DNA from: the human T2T-CHM13v2.0 reference genome, Homo sapiens | Assembly (NCBI RefSeq): GCF_009914755.1 | Contig: NC_060932.1 | Reading direction: 5' to 3' (one strand) | Length of the DNA: 64,000 bases | Position numbers and translations under genes: made by a program | Part shown: piece by piece, positions 47,214 to 60,869 of the stretch | Position numbering within the stretch: position 1 is the stretch's first letter | Layout of the letters: each line of letters begins with the position of its first letter | The notes under the pieces: generated by a model | Told to the model about the DNA's origin: nothing | The model's input: only the letters and a program-made list of their open reading frames with translations | Database searches by the model: none

Positions 47214-50200
47214 ACCAGTTGATTCTAGCATAAAGACAGACATAGGCCAATGGAATAGAATAGAGTGCCCAGAAATAAACCTTTGCATACATGGTCAATT
47301 GATTTTTGAAAAGAGTGACCATTCAATGGAGAAAGGATAGTCTTTTCAATAAATGACATTCGGAAACTGAATATCCACATACAAATGAATGAATTTTGAT
47401 TCTTACTCTATACTATATTACAAAAATGGATCAAATACCTAAATGTAAAACCTAAACTTATAAAATTCCTAGGTGAAAACATAGAGAAAAAGCTTCATGA
47501 CACAGGATGTGGGAATGATTTCTTGGATATGACACAAGCGTTTTACTACTGACAAAAGAAAAAATAAATAAATTGGACTTTATCAAAATCAAGAACTTTG
47601 TGTATCAAAGGACACTGTCAACAGAGTGAAAAGGCATCATACAGAATGTGAGAAACATTTGCATATCATTGATCTGGTAAGGGATTAATATTTGGTATGC
47701 ATAAAGAAATCCTAAAACTCAGCGACAGAAAAAACAAACAACCTAATTCAGAAATGAGCAAAGGACTTGAATAGATATTTTCCCCAAGAAGATATACAGA
47801 TGGCCAATAAGTACATGAAAAGGTGCTCAACATTACTAATTAAAATATGCAAATTGAAAGCATGAGATACCACTTCATACCCATTAGGATTGCTATGAAA
47901 AAGACAACCGAGAAAATTATTGGCAAGGATATGGAGAAATTGGCACATTTCTGCATTGTTGGCAGGGATGTGCCACCTCTGTGGAAAACAATGTATGGTG
48001 ATTCTTAAAAAGAATTAAATCTAGAATTACTATACGGTCCAGCAGTTCCACCTCTGGATATGTATACCCAAAAGAACTGAAAGTAGGGATTTAAAGAAAT
48101 ATTTGTGCATCCATGTTCATAGCAGCATTATTCACACAATATATCTGAAAGGTACAAACAATCCAAACATGGACATCAACAGATGAATGGATAAACAAAA
48201 TGTGGAGTGTACACACAGTAAAATACTATTCAGTATGAGATTCAAATACACGCCATTATATGGATGAACCTTGAAGAAATTATGCTAAGCGAAATAAGCC
48301 AGACACAGAACAAATACTGTATGACTCCTCTTATATGGTGTTCTTAGAGTAGTGAACATCCTAAGAGACAGAAAGTAAAATGGTGGTTGCCAAGGGCTGG
48401 TGGGAGGGGATGGATAGGGATTTATTGCTTAATGGGCACAGAGAGTCAGTTTGGGATGTTGAACAAGTTCTACAGGTTGTGGTGTTGCATAACATTGTAA
48501 ATGTATTCGGTGCCATTGAATTTTATACTTAAAAATGATTAAAATGGTACATTTTATTATATATATTTTATCAGAATTAAAAAAAGCCTTGGGATGAGAC
48601 AATGTGATAATACTGTCAAAACAAGGCTTAGACTGCATTTTCAACCTATGATGCACTGGTCTGGCCACACCACAATTCATTATTTAACTCATTTATTAAT
48701 GAATTAACCCATTTTGCCTAACCATGCAACTGCCCTAGCTGTAGTCATAGGTGGTGGGATAAGAAGAAAAAAAATTCCTAAAAGAAGGCTACAGTCCAGA
48801 GTATGGTTTTTAATTTAGAGTCCACAGATAGACATCAGGGAGTTTGCTTATCTCCTATAGCTGTATGTGAAAGCTGTTTTTTTTTTTTTTTTCTTTAGAG
48901 GTCTCTCTTTCACTCCATTCTCAAAGATAATCAGTGATCTACAAATGAGAAAGAACCGGAGGGCAAGAGAGACAAGTAAACATTGAGCAGCAGGACAGTG
49001 TGTTAGCAGGGGCTATGCCGTGTCCATTCAGGAGTTAGGGAGGAGAAGCACCTCACACTGCACTCAGGGAGAGGTACCAGGAATGAAGGGTCTAGAAATG
49101 GATGTGTATCAGGAATGGTTGAAACAACTGAGTATGTTTGGTGTGGAGAAAGCCTTCATTGCTACTTTATTTACTCGAAGGACTATTTTTTATCAGCCAT
49201 GTTCTCTTTTGGAGTCAATTTCCTTTACTGGTTTTGGAAAAGTAGGAATCTGGCAGACTCCTGTTCCTGTGAGGTCCATCTGATGCCTCTCATGCCATCT
49301 CACGGTGGCCACCACTGGGGGCCTGCACTCCTCGGCCCCCTCTCCTTGATAGGATGCCCTCCCCTTAGCATTCAGGGGAGGCAGTTTTTGCATTTACTGC
49401 TCCATGCTGACAAGGATAAAACTTAATGGTGCTCATCCTATTGATGTCTGTGTTGGACTAGAGGAATAGCACTAACAAAGTTGAACTACTGAAATTAAGG
49501 CATCCCTGCAGACTGGGTTTCCTCCCGCTCTCCTTGAAGCTTCAGATGCATCCCATCCTGAGGTCTGAGATCACGATTTTGTCACAGTTCTCTAGACATG
49601 GTTTTATAACCATAGTTTGCCAGCATTGCCCTAGGTGTTTACTGTAATCTTTAGTAAACATAGGAGGGGAGGAGTATTCACAGGATGCCTTTCTTACACA
49701 GGAAGCCTGGAAGTAGGCTGTTGCAGGGGAGCCTGTGGTGCACATTGCCACAAAGGTCCCCTTCTGCTCTGCCCTCTCTGGTCTGGTCCTTAGGTCTGCC
49801 TCTTATCGAGGCAGTGTGTCTGCTGCAGTTTGGGTGTCATATGTAGTTACAACAAGGTTTGGTCAAGGAGGTGGTACCTCTTCCCATGCCTCACTAGATT
49901 ATTTATTAGCAGGGAAATCACTCCAAGATTCTCACAGCCGAGTTCCCCCAGGACCTATGGACCACGCCCTACTGCAAAGTTGGGAAAGTAGACATCCAGC
50001 ATATCCAGCCTCTATCTTGCAGGTAGGCACTGCTAGTAAGGATAAGGAAGTAGGATAATAGCTTTTGAGAAGAATATCAACAATACTCAAAAAGGAGACA
50101 TTTTCTTCACTGCTGTTTAGTGAGTGAACATAGTTAGAGTAGATTAAAAAAACAAACTTCCAGAAAATTAAAGAGGAGGAATACCTCCCAGCTCACTACA

Positions 50201-51179
50201 GATACTACTCTGTACTACCCAGAACTACTCCAGTACTAAAACTAGACCAAAATATGAAAGCGAATTTAGTGTTAGACTATTATTATATTAGCACCCACAA
50301 TGGCTTTAATGATGCTCATCTTACTTGACATGATAGTACAAATTGAACTGCTTCTAGATAAAAAGAGATATGAAATACAGCTTGCATTTCAAGATGAAAA
50401 TAGTGGTCCTGAGAAGAGGGTGGAAGATACTGCATTTGATCAAGGAGAGAATTTAGGTTATATAACCATTTTGACAGTGATGTTAGATAGGAATGCAGTC
50501 AACTTAGAAATTAATAATTAAAATATAGCCACCCTTTTTAGGTTTAGAAAATTGTGATAAATCTAAATAATTCATGTGTTCAAGAGAAAATAACAATGGA
50601 AATTATAAAAATATTTAGAAATCAGCAACAACAAAAGCATTACATTTTAAAACTAAAGGAGTACTTAAAGAAAATTTACATCCTTGAGTGCATTTATTAG
50701 ACAAAATCAAGGTAAAGATAAATTAGCTAAGTCTTTAGCTGAAGCAGCTACAAGAGAGCAGCACTGTAAACTCAAATCAGAGAAAAAGAAATAGGGACAA
50801 AATTATAGACTAATGCATTATGAAGCAATAAAAATAGGTGATTGACAAAATCATAATCTGATAATTTAGAAGACTAAAACATTGACAAACTTTTGCCTTG
50901 ATTGATCAGGAAAAGGAAGAGAGAAAAATTAAGTGAATAATATTAGGAATGAACTAAAGGCTATTACTATAAATACAGCACAAGTGCAAAAATCAGACAC
51001 AAATTCTCTGAAGATGATTATGCCAAAGAATTTGAAAAGTTAGTGAAAAATAGCTAATTTTTATGTAAAATATAACATGAATAGTCCTGTATCTATTAAA
51101 TAAAGAACTTCCTACAAAGAAAACTTTAGGTCCAGATGGCTACAATGGTGAATCCTTCAAAATATTTAAAGAAGAAACC

Positions 51180-51475
51180 TGCTGGGCACCAGGGCTAACT
51201 CCTGTAATCCCAGCACTTTGGGAGGCTGAGGTGGGTGGATCACCTGAGGTCAGGAGTTTGAGACCAGCCTGGCCAACATGGTAAAACCCTGTTTCTACTA
51301 AAAATACAAAAATTAGCCAGGTGTGATGGTGCGTGCCTGTAATCCCAGCTACTCAGGAGGCTGAGGTAGGAGAATCACTTGAACCCAGGAGGCAGAGGTT
51401 GCAGTGAGCTGAGATCACACCACTTCACTGCAGCCTGGGTGACAGAGTGAGACTCTGTCACACACACAAAAAAAA
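51180..51475 (+). mobile_element. Alu (AluSx-like)
   Basis: Full dimer with gatcacctgaggtcaggagtt. Confidence 0.94.
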
Positions 51476-52451
51476 CCCATATTAATTTCATAAAAATCCT
51501 TCAGAAAATTTCTAACTCATTCTATGTACTACTCTATGTACTACTTTGTATTATTCAGAATGGCTCTGATACTAAAACTAGAGAAAAATATTACAAGAAA
51601 ACATTATGCCAATATTTCTCATGAACATAGATGCAAAAATCCTTAAGAACATGTTAACAAATTGAATCCAGTAATAAATTAAAATGACAATAAAAAGAGC
51701 AGTTTTTTCTTGAACTGCAAGTTTGTGTTAATGTTGGAAAATTAATCAATATCAGTTCATCATATCAACAGTGAAAAAAACCCACGTGTATTTTAATCTC
51801 AGTGGATGCAGGGAAAAAAACTCTTAGTAAACTGGAATAGAAGGAAACTTCCTTAACTAGATTAAGGTCTGCAAAAAACTAACAGCTAGCACCACACTTA
51901 TTTCACTTAATTCTGAAAGTGAATACTTGTCCCCTAAAATAAAGAATAAGGTAAGGATTTTCACTTTACCATTTCTATTCAACATTGAACTGGAACCAGT
52001 ACAGTCAGACAAGAAAAAAAAAGCCATCATTGGATAGGGAAGGAAGAAAAACTCTTTATTCACAGACAACATGGTCATCTACATAGAAAAGCTTAGGAAA
52101 TTGACAAAAAATGTTAAAGAGTGAGTTTAATAACTGCAGGATACAAGATCAATATACAGAAATCCAGTTGTATAAAAGTTAGCAAAAATGGTTATTAAAA
52201 TGCCACTTAAAATAGCATAAAATAGAAAATATTTAGATATTAGCATGAGAAAAGTTGTATAAGAATATTACTGAAAACTACAAAGTATTGCTGAGAAAAA
52301 TTAAGGAGTACATAAATAAGAGAAACATGAATTGGAAGACTCGAAATTGTTAAGATGTCACTTCTCCCGAAATTGACCTGTAGATTCAAATGCAACCCCT
52401 GTCAAAATTCCTGCAAACTTCTTTTTTTTTTTTTGTAGAAATGGACACATT

Positions 52452-52884
<433 letters not shown>

Positions 52885-53459
52885 CTATTCCTATCTGACC
52901 TTGGATCAGGTGAGGATATACAGAAATACACAACACCAAAAGCGTGGTTCATAAAATAAAACAAAATTATTAAATTTAACTTCATTGAAATTAAGAATGT
53001 TGCCTTCTGAAAGACACTATTAGGAGAATGAAATGATAAGGCACAGACTGGGACAGAATCTTATAAGAAAACAAACAACCCAGTAAAAATAGGCAAAACA
53101 TGAACAGACACTTCTCTGGAGAAGGCATATGGATAACAAGGACATGAAAAGATGCTTAACATCATTAGTCATTAGGGAAATAGAAATTAAAACTACAGTG
53201 AGATGCCACTACTTACCTACTTGAATGACTAACATGAAAATGACTAACCCAAGGGTTGGTGATGAGATGGAGCAACTGGATTCCTGATACACTGCTGGTT
53301 GGATGTAAAATGGCATAACCATTTTGAAGAAAGTTCGGCAGTTTCTTAAAAAGTTAAAGATACACCTAGCCATTCCACTCCTAGAAATTTACCCAAGAAA
53401 AATAAAAGCATATGTTCATACAAAGACTTCTATACAAATGTTCATAACAACTTTGTTTT

Positions 53460-53925
53460 TTAAAAATAATGTTTATTTGATCCTTTCATGATACTTTCCC
53501 TTTCTTTACATAGATGCAGGTGTCTGACATACAGCACTTTTTTTCTTTCTGAAGAATTTCTTTCAACATTTCTTGAATGGCATTTCTACTGGTGACAAAT
53601 TCCTTCAATTCTTGTTGGAGAAAGCTTTATTTCTCCTTCAGTTTTGAAGTATAATTTTCCTGAATACAAAATTTTAGGTTGGTGTTTTTTTTTCTTTCAA
53701 TGCTAAATATTTCACTCCACTCTCTTCTTGCTTGCATGGTTTTTGAATAGAAATCCAATATAACTCTTATTCTTGCTTCTGTATAGAAGGGTATATTTTC
53801 CTTTGGCTTCTTTCAAGATTATCTACCTTTAATTTTTTGCAGTTTGAGTATGATATGCCTAGATATAGATGTTTTGTTCTTTATCCTGCTTGGAGTTCAC
53901 TGAGATTCATGGATCTGTGGCTTGG
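53460..53925 (-). mobile_element. Old L1M fragment (ORF1/inter-ORF region)
   Basis: ctactggtgacaaattcc...tttatttctccttcagttttgaag...ccactctcttcttgcttgcatggttt. Confidence 0.7.
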
Positions 53926-53929
53926 TGCC

Positions 53930-54170
53930 TGTCTCAGTCCATTTGTGTTGCTATAAAGGAATACTTGTGGCTGAGAAATTTGTAAAGAAAAGAGATTTAT
54001 TTGGCTCATGGTTCTGCAGGCTGCACAGGAAGCACGGCACCATCATCTGCTTCTGTAAGGGCCTCAGGAAGCTTCCACTCATGGTGGAAGGGGAAGGGGA
54101 GCTAGCATGTGCAGATGATGTTGAGGGGAGAGGAGGCATGAGGGAGGGGAGGGAGGTACCAGACTTTTTT
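53930..54170 (-). mobile_element. MSTB-like MaLR LTR, truncated
   Basis: tgtctcagtccatttgtgttgctataaaggaatac...ggcctcaggaagcttccactcatggtggaagg. Confidence 0.85.
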
Positions 54171-54242
54171 TTGTTTGTTTTACTTTGTCTTGGTCATTTT
54201 TGATATGTTCTATATTCCTCACATTTCTACAACATATGTTCT

Positions 54243-54601
54243 TTTAAAATTATATTTTATTTCAATAGTTTTTGGGGAACAGGTGGTGTTTGGTTACATA
54301 GATAAGTTCTTTAGTGGTGATTTCTGAGATTTTGGTGTACCCATCTCCCAAGCAGTGTACACTGTACCTGAGGTGTAGTCTTTTATCTCTTATCCCCATC
54401 CTACACTTTCCCCTAAGTCCCCAGAGTCCATTGTATGATTCTTATGGATACTCATAGCTTAGCTCCCACTTATGAGTGAGAGCATATGATGTTTGGTTTT
54501 CCATTCCTGAGTTACTTCACTTAGAATAATAGTCTCCATTCCATCCAGGTCACTGTGAATGCCATTATTTCATTTCTTTTTATGCCTGAGTAGTATTCCA
54601 T

Positions 54602-54646
<45 letters not shown>

Positions 54647-56782
54647 ATATATATAAAATCACAATTTCTTTATCCACTCGTTGGTTGACAGGCATTTGGT
54701 CTGGTTCCATATTTTTGCAATAGCAAATTGTGCTGCCATAAACATGCTTGTGTATGTATCTGTTTTGTGTAATGACTTCTCTTCCTCTGGGTAGATACCC
54801 AGTAGTGGGATTGTTGGATCAAATGGTAGTTCTACTACTTTTAGTTCTTTAAGGAATCTTTATACTGTTTTCCATAGTGGTTGTACTAGTTTACATTCCC
54901 ACCTGCCGTGTAAAAGTGTTCCCTTTTCACCACATCCCTGCCAACATCTATTATTTTTTTGATTTTTAAATTATGGCTATTCTTGTTGGAGTAAGGTGAT
55001 AGTGCATTGTGGTTTTGATTTGCATTTCCCTGATAATTAGTGAGGTTGAACAAGTGTTTCATATGTTTATTGGCCATTTGTATATTCTTTTGAGAATTGT
55101 CTATTCATGTCCTTGGCCCACTTTTTGATGGGATTATTTGTTTTTCTTTTGCTGATTTGTTTGATTTCCTTGTAGATTCTGGATATTAGTCCTTTGTCAG
55201 ATGCATAGTTTGCAAAAATTTTCTCCTATCCTGTGGGTTGCCTGTTCACTCTGCTGACTATTTCTTTTGCTGTGCAGAAGCTTTTTAGTTTGATTAGGTC
55301 TCATTTATTTATTTTTGTTTTTGTTGCATTTACTTTTGGGTTCTTAGTCATAAAGTATTTCCCTAAGCCAGTCCAGAAGAGTTTTTCCAATGTTATCTTG
55401 TTGAAAGTTTCAGGTCTTAGACTTAAGTCCTTTATCCATCTGGAGTTGATTTTTGTGTAAGGTGAGAAATCAGGATCCAGTTTTATTCTTCTACATGTGG
55501 CTAGCCAATGATCCCAGCACCATTTGTTGAATAGGGCATCCTTTCCCCACTTTATGTTTTTGTTTGCTTTGTCAAAAATCCATTGGCTGTAAGTACCTGG
55601 GTTTATTTCTGCATTTTCTGTTCTGTTCCATTAGTCTGTGTGCCTATTTTTATACCAGTACCATGCTGTTTTGGTGACTATAGCCTTGTATAGTTTGAAG
55701 TCAGGTAATGTGATGCCTCCAGATTTGTTCTTTTTGCTTAGTCTTGCTTTGGCTATGTGGGATCTATTTTAGTTCCGTATGAATTTTAGGATTGTTTTCT
55801 CTAGTTCTGTGAAGAATAGTGATGGTGTTTTGATAGCAGTTGCGTAGAATTTTTATATTGCTTTTGGCAGTATGGTCATTTTCACATTATTGATTCTACC
55901 CATCATGAGCATGGGATGTGTTTTCATTTGTTTGTGTCATCTATGATTTCTTTCAGCAGTGTTTTGTAGTTCTTCTTGTAGAGGTCTTTCACCTCCTTGG
56001 TTAGGTATATTCTTATTCTTATTATTTTTTTTTGCAGCTATTGTAAAAGGGGTTGAGTTCTTGATTTGATTTTCTGCTTGGTCATTGTTGGTATATAACA
56101 AGGCTACTGATTTGTGTACACTGATTTTGTATCCTGAAACTTTACTGATTTCATTTATCAGATGTAGGAGTTTCTTGGATGAATCTTTAGGGTTTTCTAG
56201 GTATATGATCATATCATTGGTGAACAGTGACTGTTTGACTTTCTCTTTACCAGTTTGGATGCCCTTTATTTCTTTCTCTTGTCTGATTGCTCTGGCTAGG
56301 ACTTCCAGTACTGTGTTGAATAGAAGTGGTGAAAGTGGGCATCCTTGTTTTCTTCCAGTTCTCAGGGGGAATGCTTTTAACTTTTCTCCATTTGGTATAA
56401 TGTTGGCTATGAGTTTGACATAGATGGCTTTTATTACCTTAAGGTATGTTCCTTCTATGCTGATTTTGCTGAGGATTTTAATCATAAAGGGATGCTGGAT
56501 TTTGTCAAATGCTTTTTCTACATCTATTGAGATGGTCATGTGATTTTTGTTTTTAATTCTGTTTATGTGGTATGTCACATTTATTGACTTGGGTGTGTTG
56601 AACCATCCCTGCATTCCTGGTATGAAACCCACTTGATCATGGTGGATTATATTTTTGATATGCTGTTGGATTTGGTTAGCTATCATTTTGTTGATGATTT
56701 TTGCATCTATATTAATCAGTGATGTTAGTCTGTAGTTTTCTTTTTTTTATGTCTTTTCCTTGTTTTGGTATTAGGGTGATAC
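54243..56782 (-). mobile_element. L1PB1-like LINE-1 3' portion, interrupted by the ERV
   Basis: L1PB 3' end (aatagtttttggggaacaggtggtgtttggttacat); minus ORF 55937..56686 with RT motifs; internal (TG)n at 54604-54640. Confidence 0.92.
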
Positions 56783-57364
56783 TGATATAGGAGTTAAGAA
56801 GGAATTACCTAGGCAGATAGCAAGGGCATGGGAGTCCTCATTAAGGTTTTTCTTTTTAATGAAAAACAGCCCCAAATCATTTTCCAACAAAGAGCAGCCT
56901 GCAAGCTGGGAGCTTGCATGGGTGAATGCTGGCAGGAACTAAGGACTAGACATTTTCAAAATGACAGCTCAGTCTTCCCTTCTCTGTAAGGCCTGTGTAC
57001 TGTAAAGGAGCAGAGAAGGTGGTACCAATCAACTGGAAAGCCCATTTGCATAAGATTAGGGTGGGTGGCCAGCCTTCCCCACACACTATGTAGATATCAT
57101 ACCTAATCAAACCAATCTGTGAGCCCTATGTAAACCAGACACTGTCTTCTCCAGCCTACCTATAAAATCTGCCACAGTCCACCACCTTCCCCATTTTTCA
57201 GATGCCTGTCTCTCTTTTGCAAGGAGCTGCCCTCCTCTCTCCTTTCTTCTGTCTATTAAACTTTCCACTCCTTAACTTACCCACATGTGTCTGTGTCCTG
57301 AATTCTTTCTCAGTGCATAACAATAAACCCCAGGGAATATACTCCAGACAGTGTAGCTGCTTCA
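56783..57364 (+). mobile_element. 5' LTR of an ERV1 MER4-group provirus (MER61/MER83/MER84-like; exact family uncertain)
   Basis: TG...CA ends (tgatataggagttaagaagg ... gctgcttca); octamer atttgcat at ~57044, CCAAT boxes, TATA at 57161, ATTAAA at 57255; followed by a PBS-like tggaagcttggctgggat. Confidence 0.85.
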
Positions 57365-58647
57365 TAATGGAAGCTTGGCTGGGATACCAAGGTACAACAT
57401 TCATCAAAATGGTGAGTAGAGTAGCAGACTCCAACTCTGTCCTTTCATTCTGGGGCTCTCAGCCTCCATTTTAGACCTTTCACAGAGGGCTTAGCCATCA
57501 CATGGGGCTGGAAGAAGTCCTGGGGCAACTGAGGATTTCTGGCTAGGGCTACCTTCTGGTGTTATCCAAAGGTTTCTAGACTGACCCCAGCCTCCAACTG
57601 CCCCGATGGGGTGTTGGCAACAAGATCTCCAACTTTCCTATAATAACTTCCTCCTTTCCTGTCCATGACCATCATATCTCTTATCCTTTTTGTGTATGCA
57701 ATGTGTGGGAAGTTTTACAGTTCAGGGAAGTAGTCTTGTTTGACAAGATCAGGGAATGGGTATATGACTCAAGGGAAGGTGTCTGTGATTTTCTAGGAAC
57801 AGAGAGTTTCCTTCTCCCCATGGTGAGCCTCTCCCTCTACCCTTGATCTGGAGAGCACATGGCATGTCAAAGTCACTCTGCCCTTGGTCTAGAGAGCACA
57901 TGGTGTTTCAAGGTCAACAGTGCTACCTAGTGGAATAGGGATCCTCTCCATGAGGCACATGGTTGATCCTTCACTGAAATACCCTAGTTTCCCAATTCTC
58001 TCCCCGGTTTGCTCTTCTCTACTAGAAAACAGGCTTCATGCTGCTTCTATAAACAGGAAAATTCTGCCTTCAACAATTAGGGGTAAAATATCCTCCAAAG
58101 CCAAATTTTAGTATTGACACTGCCCCATCAGCAGGAAAATGGTCATTCAGGCCCTATATTCTTTGAAGGCACCTGTTCTGCCTCCAATTGGAGTGGTAAT
58201 TAGTAAGGTGATTTTCAGTTCAGAAGTTAACCGGAACTGTTATCTAAGGGTAAATGCTTCATCGGGGCCATAATAGAAGGATACAGAGTTCAATTTAGGA
58301 TGCCCCCTCCATTAAAGGGGCCTTGCCCAACTATTACATGGTTTTTCTTGAGATCCATTTTTTCGGGAGCCAGGCAGGTCACATAAATCTAGAAGTGAAA
58401 GGGAAATCACAGGCAGAAGACTGAGCCACTTGGGTGGGTGTGGCTAGCCCCAATCGATTAGTTCCTCTGGCTCCATGGTTAAGGGTCATGCCTGCAACTA
58501 TGGGTGGCACATTCAACAAGGTGCCAGGACCCAGGAACCATGGAGGGAAAACAGCATGGGAACACTCCCACTGTCTTCCTCTCCACTCTGTGTCACACCA
58601 AAAGAAAGGAGACTAAAGGGATGCCTTTTTCTTGCTTCCCTTTCTAG

Positions 58648-59240
58648 ATGAGTACCATCCTCAGTCTGCACTCCTCTGGAGTGCATTCTGAAGAACAAGG
58701 ACTCCTTTGACCCTGAGAGTTTAAAGAAAAAGTGGCTCATTTTATTTTGCACAAAGGCATGGCCTTCTTACTAGACCTTTTGCAAGCATTACAAAATCAA
58801 CCCAGCCCTTTTAGCAATCATATTGGGAAGGCCCAAAGAGAATAATTCCGCAAAATGAGAGAAAATGAGAGGGGAATCATCCGAGGATCTCCCTTAGTTG
58901 GGGCCCCTTCAAGTTCCATTTTTCATTGCAGGATCTTAGGCAAGTAAAGGGAAACTTAGACTGATTTTCTGATGACCCTGTTAGGTATATAGAAGCCTTC
59001 CAAAATTTAACTCAGGTATTTGACTTCTCATGCAGGGATGTTATGCTGCTCTTAAGCCAAACCCTGACCACAGCTAAGAAGCAGGCAGCTCTGCAGGCAG
59101 CAGAGAAATTTGGAGATGAGCAATATGCCTCCTATAATAGGCAAAAAGGGAAAAGAGAATATCGGGAAGGGGAATAAATAGGGGAAACACCATTCTCAAT
59201 AGGAAAAGAGTCAGTACCTCTTGATAACCATAATTGGAAC
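58648..59240 (+). pseudogene. Retroviral gag relic (matrix and capsid N-terminus), disrupted
   Basis: Hand translation gives [35 protein letters not shown] and SLQDLRQVKGNLD*FSDDPVRYIEAFQNLTQVFDFSCRDVMLLLSQTL...AAEKFGDEQY, which resemble HERV-W/HERV9-type Gag. Confidence 0.85.
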
Positions 59241-59789
59241 ACCCAGACTTTTCTATGGTGTTTTTCTTTCTTTGGTAGTTTAAAATGGCTCCCATCTCTT
59301 CTTTTATAATGTTCCTCCAAACTAGGAAAAGTTAATTTCCCCAAACCTTAAAATACTTGGCTTAGAATTGAGCTAGGGGGAAGGGAATCTCAGAAGCCTG
59401 ACATGCCAGCAAAAGGGTAAAAGTTTTTTTTTTTTTTAAACTAGTGAAGCTTTTGGCTTCTGTCTCCCTGTGCAAAGTGGTAAAAAGGATAATAAGGATT
59501 ATTGTGTATATACTCTGTAAAATTTTAATTAATGAAAAAGGATCAGTGAAGTTGGTCTTAAGCTGTAGCCAATCTTGTGTGCTTTGTGTGTTTCTATATG
59601 GTTTTGTCAAAAGAAGGGATACTTTAGGTTAGGATGCAGACCAAGGACCCCATAAGCCAGCTGTTCAAGCCAGCCCAACAAAATGGTCAGTAATGAACAT
59701 GCTACAGGCCTCCACCTTGTTTCATGTCTTTGTGAACATGACCTGTAGCCACATGGGAATACTTTGTTTTAGTCTCTGCCACTTTACAG

Positions 59790-60222
59790 TGGTGGCTGTT
59801 TTCTCATGCTAAGTGAGTTCCTGGGTGAGGGCCATAAAATCAGATAAGCCAGTTTATCAATCTGAGTTGTGTCAGCTGATCCATCAAGGGCAGGGTTTAC
59901 AAAATATCTTAAGCACTCATCTTGAGAGCAGTTTAGAGAGGGTCAAAATCTTATAGCCTTCAGCTGTGTGACTCCTAGGCCATGGTTTCTAATCTTGTGG
60001 CTAGTTTCTTGGTCTGGTCCCCAGGCGAGAGGGAAGTATATCTTAAGAAGGGGCTGTTATTATCTTTGTTTTAGACTACACAGTAAACCAGGCTCCTCCC
60101 AAAGTTGGTTTGGCCTACACCCAGGGATGTGCAAGGACAGCCTGGGGGCTAGAAACAAAATGGAGTTGGTTGGATCAGATCTCATTCACTATCTCAGTCA
60201 CAATTTTGCAATGACAGTTTCA
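59790..60222 (-). mobile_element. LTR8/MER4-like LTR sequence in opposite orientation inside the ERV (left boundary uncertain)
   Basis: Minus strand starts tgaaactgtcattgcaaaattgtgactgagatagtgaatgagatctgatccaaccaactccattttg, like the LTR8 5' end. Confidence 0.65.
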
Positions 60223-60706
60223 AAAATGCTTATCACCCCTTTGAAAGTCTCTTGTACACTCATAGTTAAGTCATAACTTAATTAAGGCTTGTTGGTTTCA
60301 CCTGTAGGTTACTTTTTATAAATTTCAAAAGCCAAAAATCTTAACTGCTTGGTGTGGCTACAGTCGAGTAACAAGGGATTTAAAAGGGTTTTCTCAGTTT
60401 AATTAAAAGTGGATATTCAAGTTATAGGTATATTTAAAATGCCTTTTTGTGTTTTTCTTCTTGGATTTTGTTTTTCTGGAAAAAGGCTTTTTTCTTCTCA
60501 GTTGACCGAATTATTTTTCTCCATTTTTTTTCTTGCCACTCTTAATGCATGCATGAAAGGCTCTAAGATAACTTCTGGTAGCATGGGACTCCTTGGGAAA
60601 AACAGAGGAGGCACCACAGACTCCATTTTGGGAAAAAAAAACCTCTCTGTTTTCCTCATAAAACCCCAGAAATTAAAAGTGGATAGTTCCCCCTCAAAAT
60701 CAAAGG

Positions 60707-60869
60707 GTCGGGGGAGGGGGGAGGGATAGCATTAGGAGATATACCTAATGCTAAATGACGAGTTAATGGGTGCAGCACACCAGCATGGCACATGTATACA
60801 TATGTAACTAACCTGCACATTGTGCACATGTACCCTAAAACTTAAAGTATAATAATAATACTTAAAAAA
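60707..60869 (+). mobile_element. ~160-bp L1PA3-like 3' stub
   Basis: gatagcattaggagatatacctaatgctaaatgacgag...taactaacc...cttaaagtataataataat with A-tail; TSD aaaatc(a/g)aagg at 60696-60706 and 60870-60880. Confidence 0.93.

Noticed and set aside
50300-50521. 73-aa ORF with protein-like composition between L1 fragments
   Set aside because: No family recognised and no splice or promoter context; left unassigned (a blastx search would settle it).
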